DNA of 64,000 bases from Octopus vulgaris (GCA_951406725.2 OX597826.1:1860001-1924000); one strand, 5' to 3'. Numbered from the stretch's first letter, positions 1 to 14,181 are shown. The notes: generated by a model not told the origin, from the sequence alone. Made by a program: numbers and translations.

Positions 1-10
1 GAAATACGTG

Positions 11-202
11 TTACATATATACATATATATACACACAAGCGTATATATGCACATACACAAAAATATATACACATAGAAAACATACATATGAATGTGTGTA
101 TGTGTCGGTATACACACACACACATACACCTATATGCATATACACATGTACCTGCTTATGTATAATAGTATATATATAGATACATATATACATATATATA
201 TA

Positions 203-233
<31 letters not shown>

Positions 234-342
234 GTATGTATATATATACATACATGTGTGTGTGTATATGTGTGTGTGTGTATATATATGTGTGTGTGTG
301 TGTATATGTGTGTGTGTATATATATATATATATACACACACA
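11..342. repeat. compound (TA)n/(TG)n/(CA)n microsatellite
   Basis: Direct reading. The overlapping Y/I/H/T/C/V-rich ORFs are translation artefacts. Confidence 0.95.
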
Positions 343-1063
343 TCATTATAACAAACATTTGCAAATGTATACAGAAATTGACAACGTCTTACGTAAATTA
401 ACAACATGGCCAGTCACGTGACTAGGCGTGACGAGAAGATCCCAAATGATGTAAAGTAGCCAGCCAGCCCCTTATTTATTCAAGAAATACTCGCCTACAT
501 TTTGTAAAAGAAAAAAAATTCCATTTTCTTTTTCTTTATAATTGCTTCGTCATGGTAACGAACCTGCCAGAAAACCTCTACGATCGACGCCCGTCATTCC
601 AGAAATAGCAGCCAAACCTTCTTCAATTTAACTCACATGCAAAAAACCCGCGAGGAGATGCTTATATAATATGGCCGTGTATACATTATTTCAACCAACC
701 TAAATCGTGATTATGAGTAACCACTGCTTTTCGCCATTACTTCGTTATTTATCTTGATCGGGCGATCTACCAGAGCAAACTGGTCAATGTTGGCTGAATT
801 ATATATAAAGCTATAAGCTTTGTCAGTTCGTTCAGGGTTTCTCCTCTCAGGTACATCTGATCGACAAGAGTCAATAAACTCGAAACATCGATGTCTGAGA
901 TTCCCGAGAGAGGGCGACACACCATTTTACCATAAGAGAAATTTTTCTCCACGGTAACTGCAGTGTGTTTGCCATTAGCAGTTGAAATACGAGACAAATA
1001 TATTTCAGCTAACCTAAATTGGGATTATTCGTAAACACTGCTTAGCGCATTTACTCCGATATA

Positions 1064-1135
<72 letters not shown>

Positions 1136-1243
1136 TACACACATAAGAAATAATGTCTCTTATTATAGAAACAAAAGGATACACAAACACACATACACAC
1201 ACACACACTCACATACATACACACACACACACACACAAGTGAA

Positions 1244-1565
1244 GGCGCATGGCTCAGTGGTTAGAGCGTCGAGCTTACGACCGCGAGGTTGTGAGTTCGA
1301 ATCCCGTTCCGGGCTGCGTGTTGTGTTCTTGAGCAAGACACTTTATTTCACATTGCTCCAGTTCACTCAGCTGTAGAAACGAGTTGCGACGTCACAGGTG
1401 CCAAGCCGTATCGGCCCCTTTGCCTTTCCCTTGGATAACATTGGTGGCGTAGAGAGGGGAGGCCGGTATGCATGGGCGACTCCTGGTCTTCCATAAACAA
1501 CCTTGCCCTGGGAGGGTAACTTTCTAAGTGTAATCCCATGGCCAGTCATGACCGAAGGGGTTCTC
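1244..1565 (+). mobile_element. tRNA-derived SINE, family C
   Basis: Pol III A box (TGGCTCAGTGG) and B box (GTTCGAATCC), then TGTGTTCTTGAGCAAGACAC. Near-identical copy at 36764-37100 and an inverted, internally deleted copy at ~6995-7222. Confidence 0.9.
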
Positions 1566-1639
1566 AGCAGATATACACACGACGGGCTTTCAAACCCCTG
1601 CTTGTTGTTCCTGCACTTGTCTTCGCCTTTTCTTTTCTG

Positions 1640-2465
1640 TGCACTTGAATTATACCAAAATTGGTATTAAAATCCATATTCCTTTTACAAATTTATTGGA
1701 ACAAATGTTCTTTATTTTATGGGAAAATGAAAGTAAATCTTCATATTCCTACGTAAGCACCGGTGGCTTCAACCAGTTTCCTCAAACGTCCGGGGATGGA
1801 ATGAACAACATTCTGAAAGACGTCATCTGGGATATCATTGAGAACCTCCTGAATCCGTGTCTCCAAGTCCTCGGTGTGCGGGGTTTTGTCTTGCGCCCCA
1901 CACATAATAATCAAAGGGTTGTAGTCTGGGATGTTAGGTGACCAGCTGTTATGGGTGATGTAGTCGCAGAAATTGTCTGACAGCCATGACTGAGTTCTCC
2001 TGCTTGTGTGACATGGTGCAGAGTCCTGTTGCCAGACATAGCGTCTTCCAGCAGCCACCCTCTTGGCTCAGGGCCGCAATACCCTCTCCGTGTTGAGTGT
2101 GAGGTCGCGTGGGAAGATAAATGGAAATATAACGCCGCCATCACTAGTGATCGCACGAAATATGATGGTGACTGGATATTTGATTTTTATCGCTCTCGGT
2201 ACATGTTTTGGGGACACGGCAAGCCAACGGTTGTTCTTTGTGTTCACCATCTGTTCGCATTGGAATTTCTGGCGCTACTGCCAAGCAGTACAGCAAGTCG
2301 TTTCCAAATTTCTGGTAGAGTGAATTGCGTCATGGTGCTGTTTTTCTTGCAGACAGTGTCCAACCGACCCTGCTAAATGTGTGTGGTCGACAAAATCAAA
2401 AACAAACAATGCGTATGCGCGGAATTAAAAATATAAAATGGCGACAATTTACCCATCACACCCTG
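1640..2465 (-). mobile_element. decayed Tc1/mariner (maT/DD37D-like) transposon, internally deleted
   Basis: Translation shows NNRWLA..., YVWQQDSAPCHTS and WSPNIPDYNPL motifs. The right end reads TA|CAGGGTGTGATGGG on the minus strand (TIR plus TA). The left end is unclear. Confidence 0.85.
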
Positions 2466-2481
2466 TATATATTGTAATAAA

Positions 2482-2525
<44 letters not shown>

Positions 2526-2635
2526 CGTACAAAAATTGCTATTTCCGGTGGGCGTCATTTGGCTGTAGATGGCATTACAAAATAGGAGCTGTTATACGCA
2601 TATTCAAAAACGTTTCCCGCAAACGAACTTAAAGG

Positions 2636-2678
<43 letters not shown>

Positions 2679-2802
2679 CAAAACCTGTCACTCAGAGTAA
2701 CAGTTTTTCTGATATTTTTGCAGCTTTTTACTCTACCTCTGGTATTCGAGTACTATTTTTTCCACCTTGTTTTCGCATTTATGTGCTTCCTCTGGTATAT
2801 AT

Positions 2803-3135
2803 ATCACTTTGATCACTTTGACCGACCAGTCCGACAGGCGTCCATTTGACACCGCTGGTCACAGCACGCTGTCCACTCCTCTCTGGATCGCGTCTTTCTC
2901 ATCCACGTGATCCCAATCGTCCTCTTGAAATCGTCACTCCACCGTCGTGGAGGTCTTCCGTGTGGTCTTTTCCGCTCACGCGGGTACCACTCGGCAACTG
3001 CGTGCGTCCACCGATTATCGGTGAGCCGGGCGACGTGTCCAGCCCATCTATATACTTGCTGCGTGTATACTCTGCGATGACATCTCTCACGCCGGACTTC
3101 TTTCTGATGATCTTGCTACTTATGTGCTCTCTCAA
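2803..3135 (-). mobile_element. RTE-clade LINE, 3' fragment
   Basis: Minus-strand frame RWAGHVARLTDNRWTHAVAEWYPRERKRPHGRPPRRWSDD is a typical RTE ORF C-terminus. Short-repeat tail (CAAAGTGAT)2. Confidence 0.85.
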
Positions 3136-3189
3136 TATATATACACAAGTGTATCTTTCTCTCTCTCTCTTTCTCTCTCTTTCTCCCTC

Positions 3190-3236
<47 letters not shown>

Positions 3237-3339
3237 ATATATATACATACACACACACACACACACACAAGATGGTCACGGTTGGAACAGCTTTGATCAT
3301 AGGTCTTCCTAGTCAGGGCTGGCCTGGCGGATGCCGCCA

Positions 3340-3393
3340 CCACCACCACTACCACCCAACTACAACACAAACAACAACAACACCAACACCAGC

Positions 3394-3437
<44 letters not shown>

Positions 3438-3445
3438 CCGTGACA
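3340..3445. repeat. (CAC)n/(CAA)n trinucleotide repeat
   Basis: Direct reading. Confidence 0.9.
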
Positions 3446-4002
3446 ACAAAAACTACAAAGAACAACGCGTTACAAAGGAGGCCAGACGTTGTTTGTTTTC
3501 TCTTGCTTGCTTCGAGACTCCATTGATGTGGAAATTTATTTATAAGGAAAAGGAATAAATAATGTATAATATATAATGATAATAAATCTATAAATATTAT
3601 TATATTTAATATTTTGCTTTTATCATTTTATATATCGCATGCGCGCGCGCACACGCATTTATTTATATGTATATTTATCACTCCCTCCTCCTTTGCAGTT
3701 ACGCTAACTCTCTCCTCCTCCTCCTCCTCCTCCTCCTCCCTTTTATACAGATAAATATTATTAATATTGATATTTTTCATTTATGTCTATCGAGGAATTG
3801 ATGTCGCTGTGGTATTAAATATACGCGGATAGATCCCCCCCCGTTATTACTTATTACATATCTTATTCGTATCTTTCTTACTCTGTCGCTGTGTTTCTCT
3901 TTCCACCACTCTATCACTGGTTCTCTCTCTCTGTCTCTCTCTTTATGCACATAGATATTTGCCTGTGTATATATATATATATATATACACATACATGCAT
4001 AA

Positions 4003-4040
<38 letters not shown>

Positions 4041-4444
4041 ATATTTGTCTGTCTGTCTGTCTGTTTCTCTCTCTCCTTCAATCTCTCCCTCCCTCCCACC
4101 CCTCTCTGTTCGAGTATGTATGTGTGCGTGTGTGTGTGTGCGTGCGTGTGAGTGTGTGTGTGTGTACATGTGTGCGTATGCATCCTCCCGCTACATATTT
4201 TACAAAGATATATGCATACACATATACATATATGCGTGTGTATATTTGTACATATATATATGTGTATGTGTGTATGTCTGTATATATATATAAATAAATA
4301 TATATATATATACACATGTATATATATATATACATATGTATATATATATATATATAATTTTAATCCAAACGGAAACAAAAAAACAACAACAATGGAACAA
4401 TTACAGTATTATTATTAATAGGCGCTCAGGAAATGGAAGCAGGG

Positions 4445-4503
<59 letters not shown>

Positions 4504-4523
4504 CACACACACACATATATATA

Positions 4524-5020
4524 ATCATCATCATCATCATCATTTAACGTCCGTTGACCATGTTGGCATGGGTTGGACGGTTTGACTGGGCTGGCACGTT
4601 AGAAGGCTGCACCTGGCTCCAGTCTGATTTGGCATGGTTTTCTACGGCTGGATGCCCTTCCTAACGCCAACCATTCGTGTGACAACGGGATGCGTTTACG
4701 TGCTGAGTTGTCTGACACCGGTAACTGCCACGACTGCAATTTTGCTCGGCTTGATGGGTCTTTTTCTCAAGCACGATATAATGCCAAAAGTCTTGGTTAT
4801 TGCCTCCGTGGTGTCCAACACTCGAAAGGAACTCGGTCACTTTGCCTCCATGGGGGCCAAACGCTCGAAAGGAACTCAGCCACTTTGCTTCCATGAGGCC
4901 CAACGCTCGAAAGGAACTCAGCCACTTTGCCTCTGTGTGGTCCAACGTTAAAAGGTTGATTTTTTTACGTGCCACCATCATGGGAGCACTTGGCTTGACA
5001 GGGCCTCTAAAGCAGAGCAC
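4524..5020 (-). mobile_element. non-autonomous retroelement (RTE-type tail) with an internal 42-bp tandem repeat
   Basis: Ends GGACGTTAAATGATGATG(n) on the minus strand. The body CTACGGCTGGATGCCCTTCCTAACGCCAACC recurs at 42345-42475. Confidence 0.65.
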
Positions 5021-5034
5021 ATCGCCAAATCGCC

Positions 5035-5270
5035 AAATCTAACGAGATTGTAGTGATGCTTGGAAGGAGGCGTGTTGATGTATGTTGCATTCAAGAGGTT
5101 AAGTGGAGAGGAGCTTCTGCTAGGTTCCTCACAGACAAGACACATAGGTATGAAATCTTCTGGGAAGGCAACAGTGACGGAGTTGGTGGTGTGGGCATAC
5201 TTCTTGCCGGGAAATAGGTGGATGTTCTCCTACCACAGCAGTCAGAATGTGCGATAGAGTACGTAAGCTA
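5035..5270 (+). mobile_element. APE endonuclease N-terminal fragment of an RTE-like LINE
   Basis: Frame NEIVVMLGRRRVDVCCIQEVKWRGASARFL...[20 protein letters not shown] has the APE motifs QE and GVG, plus an in-frame stop. Confidence 0.8.
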
Positions 5271-5276
5271 GGCTTA

Positions 5277-5278
<2 letters not shown>

Positions 5279-5328
<50 letters not shown>

Positions 5329-5557
5329 CACATATATATATACATATACATGTATACATATACATATATATATATACATACATATATACATATATATATA
5401 TACATACATATATGCATATATATACATATATATATATATATACATATACATATACATATATACATATACATATATACATATATATATACATATATATATA
5501 CATACATATATATATACATACATATATATATATATACATACATATATATATACATAC

Positions 5558-5626
<69 letters not shown>

Positions 5627-5712
5627 CATACATATATATATATACATACATATATATATGTGTATATATATATGTGTATATATATATATGTGTATATATA
5701 TATGTATATATA
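5279..5712. repeat. long (TA)n/(TACA)n microsatellite
   Basis: Direct reading. Confidence 0.95.
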
Positions 5713-6010
5713 ACGGGAAGCTTTATGAAAATAGACAAAAGACGAAGGCAGGTGGGAAACAAACAAACAATTGTATTAGTATGGCGCTCAGGAAATATAA
5801 ATAAAACAAGTCTTTAACGTTTCGAGCCTACGCTATTCAACAGAAAGATACACAGAGAGAAAAAACACAGAAAGAAGGAGAGAAAAAAATGCGTGCAGTA
5901 ACTAACGAATCAACATGGCGATCTGATTTCGGCCAGAGGTCAAAGATCAAACATGAGACGCGAGAGCGAAATAAGGGAAGATAATAGGGTTGATAATAGG
6001 GTTGAATGAC
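5713..6010 (-). mobile_element. Penelope-like terminal fragment with a hammerhead-like motif
   Basis: Abuts (TA)n. The minus strand has ...GCGTAGGCTCGAAACGTTAAAGA. Homologous copies at 24190-24430 and 51857-51970. Confidence 0.5.
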
Positions 6011-6014
6011 CAGC

Positions 6015-6352
6015 TATTAGTGCGTAGGAGAGGTCTGGACGTGTGTATGTATAGGGTTGGTGTATGTATTAGTATGTATAAGGGTGTGTGTGTGTGTGTG
6101 TGTGTATGAGAGAGTATTAGTGCGTATGATAGGTCTGGACGTGCGTATGTATGGGGTTGGTGTATGTATTAGTATGTATTAGGATGTATTAGTACGTATT
6201 AGTATGTATAAGTGTGTGTGTGTGTGTGTATGAGAGAGTATAAGTGCGTATGAGAGGTCTGGACGTGTGTATGTATAGGGTTGGTGTATGTATTAGTATG
6301 TATTAGTATGTATTAGTACGTATTAGTATGTAGTAGTTGGTGTATGTATTAG
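6015..6352. repeat. three tandem ~100-125-bp minisatellite units
   Basis: AGGTCTGGACGTGTGTATGTATAGGGTTGGTGTATGTATTAGTATG recurs at ~6031, ~6131 and ~6255. Confidence 0.85.
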
Positions 6353-6496
6353 TATGGCACATCATATATGATGTGATGTGTAAAGTCGTGTGGTGTAGTG
6401 TGGAGAGAGGAGAAGAGGGGGATGGGGAGGAGAGGGGGAAGAGGAGAGGAGGGGGAGGGGGAGAGAGGAGGGGGAGAAGGAAGGGGAGGAGGAGGG

Positions 6497-6581
6497 ATAT
6501 ATATGTGTGTATATATATGTATGTATATATGTATATATATATGTATATATATATATGTATATATATGTATATATATATATG

Positions 6582-6613
<32 letters not shown>

Positions 6614-6911
6614 TGTATGTATATATATATATATATGTATGTATATATATATATCTATGTATATATATATGTATGTATATATATGTATATACATATATGT
6701 ATATATGTATATGTATATGTATATATGTATATGTATATATGTATATGTATATGTATATATGTATGTATATATATATGTATATATGTATATGTATATATGT
6801 ATATGTATATATGTATATATATATATATGTATATATGTATGTATATATATATGTATGTATATATATGTATATATGTATATGTATATATGTATATGTATAT
6901 ATGTATATGTA

Positions 6912-6967
<56 letters not shown>

Positions 6968-6990
6968 CATACATATATATACATATATAT
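6497..6990. repeat. (TA)n/(TATG)n microsatellite
   Basis: Direct reading. Confidence 0.95.
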
Positions 6991-6994
6991 AGGT

Positions 6995-7222
6995 AACGAA
7001 AACTCCCTTCGGTCATGAATGACGGTGGGTTTGCACCTAGAAAGACAAAGGCCAGTACAGCTTGGCACTAGTGACGTCACAACTCATTTCTACAGCTCAG
7101 TGAAGTGGCGTAACATGAAATAAAGTGTCCTGCTCAAGAACGCAACACAGTCCGGTCCGGGGAATCGAACTCACAACCTCATGATTGTGTGCCCAACGCT
7201 CTAACCACTGATCCATGCACCT
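6995..7222 (-). mobile_element. SINE family C, deleted copy
   Basis: Reverse complement of the 1244-1565 head and tail. Confidence 0.8.
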
Positions 7223-7480
7223 TCACTAAAGATGTGTCTCTGTCTGTCTGTCTATCTAATATGATATGGTATGATGTTATGCATAGGCACGCTGGCATGG
7301 GTATGTTGTTCAGAAGTTCTCTTTGTAAACACCCAGTTCGGTCCCACAGCGTGACATTTCGAGCAAATTGTTTCTGCAACCGTCTCAGCATAACCAAACG
7401 AGTAGCGTCTTGTGAGTGGTGTCAGAGAACTGAAACTGCGCAGAAGCTTGTCGAGTATGCGTGATTTTGTATGTGTGTGT

Positions 7481-7527
<47 letters not shown>

Positions 7528-7565
7528 TAGTGTGTGGTGGTGGTCTATGTGTACATATATATTAT

Positions 7566-7624
<59 letters not shown>

Positions 7625-7630
<6 letters not shown>

Positions 7631-8100
7631 AATAACTTTCAGACATTATATTATGTCAACTTATTTATTTATTTACTAAACTGACAATTACAAGAATATA
7701 CATACATGTATAACATATTATGTTTTACATATAAAATATATTAATATATTAAGATACCAGTAATTATTAAAATATAACATACAGGTATATAAAATGGGAA
7801 AATATCTTACAGCTGTTTCAGCCAAGAGGCAAAAATACCTCATTCTACTTGTATCCCTTCAGTGGACTGAAGTAATTAGTAGATGAAATTTAGGTACTCA
7901 GGTGTTTCTCTAGGCTTCAGAGATTTTATAAAGTACATAAGGTTAAGTTATAAATATAAATAAATATAAAATAAATAAATACACACACATTTACATACTT
8001 ATTTAGATTACAAAATTACTCTTCGTATAACTTTCTCATACCTCTGTTTATATTTTATCTAATCTAAATAATACAACGCATCTAATATTATTAATAGTAA
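7625..8100 (-). mobile_element. Penelope-like terminal region with a degenerate hammerhead (7804-7925)
   Basis: Minus strand ATCT-CTGAAG..CC...GGCT-GAAACAGCTGTA-AGAT, next to (TA)n. Confidence 0.5.
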
Positions 8101-8799
8101 TTGATTATTGTGTATCCTTATAAATGTAAATATGTATGTACATTTAGGTGTATATATATGTACGTATTTCTCTCTCCCTTTTTCTCTCACTCATTTACTC
8201 ACTCCCCCCTCTCTCCCCTCCCCTTCCCATTTCCCTTCTCCATCTCCCCCCTCATCTCCTCTCCTTCTCGCTCATCCCCCTCCCATCTCCCCTCCCATCT
8301 CTCCGCTTTCACCCCTCCCCCATCCCTCATCTCCTCTCCTTCTCGCTCATCCCCCTCCCATTTCCTTTCCCATCTCTCCTCTCTCACCCTCTCACCCCCT
8401 CCCCTCCCCCACCCTCTTTCTCTCTGTTGAGAGACTGACCTGCAATACCCCGCGGCCCACGTCAACGAGCTCCCGCCCCCTATTAGCCACTCGTTGCCTC
8501 AAGATAACTCCCTCAGCTCTGCACGTTTCATCCTCTTCCGTTCGTCAGCCTCTTCAATACAGTCCTTCCAGGGAACGGAGTCGTCTCCCAGAACCACCGG
8601 TTTGAACGTCTCCGAAAATATCACCGCGTATTAGCGGCTGAGTATTCCAAAGACGTCTGTATCTTCACGCCGAATGAGTGAGAAAGAAGGGAGAAGGATA
8701 ATCGATCTTTGAACTGACCTGGTTCAGGCTCCCCATCTGCAGCCTAAAAGAAGAATTCACAGTGACTCCCGCGCTGGGGAAGTGCCACAAAACCGTCAC

Positions 8800-9010
8800 T
8801 TATTATTTCTTTATTGCCCACAAGGGGCTAACCATAGAGGAGACAAACAAGGACAGACAAAGGGATTAAGTCTACCCCAGTGCGTAACTGGTACTTATTT
8901 CATCGACTCCGAAAGGATGAAAGGCAAAGTCAACCTCGGCGGAATTTGAACTCAGAACGTAACGGCAGACGAAATACCGCTAAGCATTTCGCCCAGCGTG
9001 CTAACGTTTC
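8800..9010 (-). mobile_element. SINE family B with tail 1 (Tx1-like tail)
   Basis: Reverse complement of 17987-18220 and 61778-62010. Confidence 0.9.
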
Positions 9011-10072
9011 TTAGACTGGTATTGAGGAAGTAACAGGACAAAAATGGAGAGGAGCGACGGTTGTTGAGGCGGTAGAGTCGCGGCTTTGACATAGGGTGAT
9101 GTTGAGATCTTTAATGGTTGGTGTTGGCTCAGGATCTTTGTGGCTTGAATTACTATCTCCAATTTTGTTCCATTTGTTTTCTAATGTGATATATGGATTA
9201 AGTCTTGTATATTAATTATGAAAATGAAAATCATTTTCCCTAATAAAGTTATAATTAAAAAATTATTAGCCTTTTGCAAAAGTTTGCAAAATTTGGGTAT
9301 TTCAGCCAATCAAAAGCGAGTATTTTACACATCACCGTGAGAATTCTGTGAGCATTGTACGCAAAGGACACTGTTTCCATAGTAACCAAGAAGTGTAACC
9401 ATCACCTGTTCCGTAACTGTTTGCAAAATCCTGCTTTCATAGCAAACAAAGATATTGCGCATGCGCACAAAAAGTATAACCACCACGTGTTCCACAATTG
9501 TTTGCTTTCATGATCAGCTTTTAAATATCTAGTTTTCTCGCGTATTTTCTAATGTTTTCCACCGTTATTTCTAATGTCTTGACGTGTCGGTGCCCCCACC
9601 TTCTTAAGGATTTCAACATGCAGGGACTCAAACCGTAAAGATCCATTGGCTTGTACTTCCTAGAAAAGCTGGTCTGGGTAGCAGCAAAGAACTACGTCAT
9701 GGCAAGGTGCAAGGAAAGGACAGGAGACGGATCTTTTTTGTTTGGTGGCCACTTTTCAACTTCATTTGATTCGAAATGAAGTGCGATTGTAGATTGAAGT
9801 CGAGCTATGTATGCAAAGTAAAGTTTGCGTACGTACGATTTGAACTCAGAGTGTAGAGAACCGGAACAAATAGAGCAAGACATTTTCACTTAACCCTCTG
9901 ACGACTTTGCATATTAATTCGCCGTCTTTGTTTAGAATTTATATGCACGCTTTCGTTATGTACAAACACGTGAGTGCGCTTCGGGGTTTGTACACATGCG
10001 TACATCTGTACTACATGCGTGCGTTCCTCAGCGTGTATATATGTGTGTGTGAGAGAGAGAAAGAGAGAGTGA

Positions 10073-10135
<63 letters not shown>

Positions 10136-10367
10136 TGTGTGTGTGTGTGTGTGTATGTACATGTTAAAAAGTTCGCCTTGCTAATGAATAAAATACTTTG
10201 TATAAACAATACAAAAACCTTGAAGAAGGATAACTCGTAATGGAGTAAGTCAAAGTTATTTCCCTTGAAAATAATTCAGCAACGGACATTATTAGACGTC
10301 CGAGGGAAACGGGGAATGTTGCACAGTTTTTGAATAAACATAATTAAAAGCTGCTACGTCGTTTATC

Positions 10368-10795
10368 TTTTATTTGTTTGAGTCTTTAGTCTGCAGCCAT
10401 GCTGGGGCACTGCCTTGAGGAATTTTTAGTCGAATGAATCAAACCCTGTACTTATTTCTTTTAAAGCCTGGCACTTTTACCGAAATGCTAGTTTACGAGG
10501 AACGTAAACATCGGTGAAGCAGCTGTGGACACACACACACACACACACACACACAAGTACGAAGGCACGCATGCACGCACACACGCACGCACGCACACAC
10601 ACACTCACACACACATACACACACACACGCGACGGGCTTCTTACAGTTTCCGTCTACTAAATCTACTCACAAGGCTTTGGTCGACCTGAGGCTGTAGTGG
10701 AAGATACTTTTCCAAGGTGTAAAGTAGTGGGACTGAACCCAGAACCTTGTGGTTGGGAAGCAATCTTCTTACTATACAGTCAAGCCTGAGCCTAC
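10368..10795 (-). mobile_element. SINE family A (internal microsatellite)
   Basis: Homologous to 39995-40418. Confidence 0.85.
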
Positions 10796-10813
10796 ACTGG
10801 AAATATTGAACAC

Positions 10814-11191
10814 GTGGAAGCGCAATGGGCCGGTGGTTAGGGCAGCGAACTCGCGGTCGTAGGATCGTGGTTTCGATTCCCAGACCGGACGCTGTGAGTG
10901 CTTATTGAGCGAAAACACCTAAAGCTCCACGAGGCACCGGCAGGGGTTAGTGGAGAACCCTGCTGTACCCATTCACCACAACTTTCTCTCACTCTTCCTG
11001 TTTCTGTTGTACCTGTATTTCAAAGGGCCAGCCTTGTCACACTCTGTGTCACGCTGAATCTCCCCGAGAACTACGTTAAGGGTACATGTGTCTGTGGAGT
11101 GCTCAGCCACTTGCACGTTAATTTCACGAGCAGGCTGTTCCGTTGATCGGATCAACTGGAACCCTCGTCGTCGTAACCGACGGAGTGCCAC
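10814..11191 (+). mobile_element. tRNA-derived SINE family D with an RTE-derived tail
   Basis: A box (TGGGCCGGTGG) and B box (TTCGATTCC). Tail CCTCGTCGTCGTAACCGACGGAGTGCC. Related copies at 16905-17222 and 59335-59630. Confidence 0.85.
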
Positions 11192-11511
11192 GATAGTTGG
11201 ATAAATAGTGTATATATTAGTGGCACTCCGTCGGTTACCACTGGTCCATTGCGCCTCCACTATACAACTACATACGAATGCGTACACTATATTACATACT
11301 ATAAGTGTTCAAGTTTTATAAGGACATAAATAAACCAGCGTCGGTTGTCTAACGGTGGCGGTGGGGACGAACACATGCAGAAAGAGACATACACACATAT
11401 ATACATACATATATAAAGATACATACACACAATATACAAACATACGTACATATACATGTATGTGTATATATGTATATATATATGTATATATGTATATATA
11501 TGTATGTTATG

Positions 11512-11555
<44 letters not shown>

Positions 11556-11924
11556 CACTCATACACACACATATAAAATACAAAGATAAACGGATGGACG
11601 ATGGCAGTTCATTCCATGCTACAGGCAAATCGTTTATTGATTACAAATGAAATTACATGTAATTACTTGTATCAGATATGCCATAAATGTTCGTCACATC
11701 TTCAGGTTGTATCGAACTGCGAAGGTGGCAACAGTTGGAAACGAGAACCAACACAAAGTTCACGTTAGTAGGAGTAGTGAGGAAAAGACAATCAGCCAAT
11801 CAGACGGCTTTGTCATCGTCACATCGACCGAACAGGAAAAAAAAGGTGTGGTTATTGTAATCACAAACAGATTTTGATAAAGGTAGATAGCTTCGATATT
11901 GACATGCTACCCGCTATTTAGTAC

Positions 11925-12130
11925 TACGAAGGGTGCTGAAAAGTTCCCGGCTTTAAGGGTGTCGCGAAAGGATTGGTTGGAAGCCTAAACTTCTGAATTC
12001 TTTTACAGGGGGTTTAGAAGAATTGAAGGACCGCTGCAATAAGGGTGTGAATCTGAGAGGGGGTTGCGTTGAATAATTTTATGATTAACTGATTCTCCTG
12101 TATTTTCTTTTACCCAAAGCCAAGAACAGC
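11925..12130 (+). mobile_element. mariner-derived MITE
   Basis: Left end TA|CGAAGGGTGCTGAAAAGTTCCCGGCTTT. Retains the transposase C-terminus (FTGGLEELKDRCNKGVNLRGGCVE*). Partial right TIR AAAGCCAAGAAC. Confidence 0.7.
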
Positions 12131-12687
12131 GCAAATATTAAAGAATCAGTCGGCGGGAGGATTTCAGCTCGTCATTTGATCTGATTGGCTGAGTCGCAAT
12201 CACGTGAGCTAATGCTTTTCTTTTTTGCAGCAGTCTCGGAAAATCTGCGTCTTGTCACAGAAAGAACGTATTATAAAAAGACCGGATTTTAAATTATCCA
12301 CGTTCATAGCTTTAGATACTTAAAAATCCATGTTCAAGGCTGAAACACTGTTCATGGACCATAGATTTAACCAATCAGAAGAGATAGACAGTTTTATAAA
12401 GTATTTGTCAGTGACTGCTCACAATAGCGCCTTTCTTAATAACGGCCATAAAAACCACTAATTCAAACCTTAAATACAATAAAACGAAAATTTTCAACAT
12501 TTATTCACGATTGTCTTTTTGATTAAATATTCATTCAACATCTGTGTTCAAATGTCAACCATTTATTTCATTTGCATTTATGCGGTTTTGAAGTTAATTG
12601 TTTGCAATACTTCTAAATCGAGTACGCTATTATTTTAAACTGTAAGTTCGTTATTTCATACCTTAGCCAATCAAGTAGAATATCACC

Positions 12688-13565
<878 letters not shown>

Positions 13566-13693
13566 ATATCTATCTATCTATCTATCCATCTATTGCTTAT
13601 GCATGTATGTATGTATGTATGTATGTATGTAGATTTGTATGTATGTATGTATGTATGTATGTATGTATGTATGTTTGTATGTATGTATGTATG

Positions 13694-13752
13694 TTATTGT
13701 TCTGTTTTATTTCAAGATTTCTTGCCAATAGAGAAAAAGCCGGTTTCTTTGA
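13694..13752 (-). mobile_element. extreme 3' end of an R4/Dong-like LINE
   Basis: Matches 54192-54245 (GTTTTATTTCAAGATTTCTTGCCAA.AGAGAAA). Confidence 0.7.
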
Positions 13753-13798
13753 TTAATATACATACATACATACATACATACATACATACATACATACA

Positions 13799-13832
<34 letters not shown>

Positions 13833-14181
13833 CATATACACACATAATTAAAATTCGGATAAGAAACTTGTAGAATGCTATGCAAAGCTCGTCCACAGTT
13901 ATTGGTTACCTAATGTCATCATACTATAGAAATGGTTTTGTTACTGGATGCACATCAAGAATTCCATACTATCCGCAGAGTTTATATTTATAAATAAATG
14001 ACAGAAAATGGAACGAACGGCATTCTTCATTTAAAATCATAATTGTTTCGGCATATTCTTACACCTTTAGTATATAGGTAAGATACTGTGTAATCATTAT
14101 CATCCATCGAAGGTGCAAAATATGCATTATTACATTGCGTGAAATGACGGACAGAATTGAACGAAAGGTTAATTTAAACAA

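Noticed and set aside
1244-1316. tRNA gene at the SINE heads (also 36764, 10817, 16905)
   Set aside because: The sequence runs straight into a SINE body, with no closed acceptor stem or terminator.
4799-4955. CRISPR-like array
   Set aside because: Contiguous tandem units with no unique spacers, eukaryotic context, and no cas genes.
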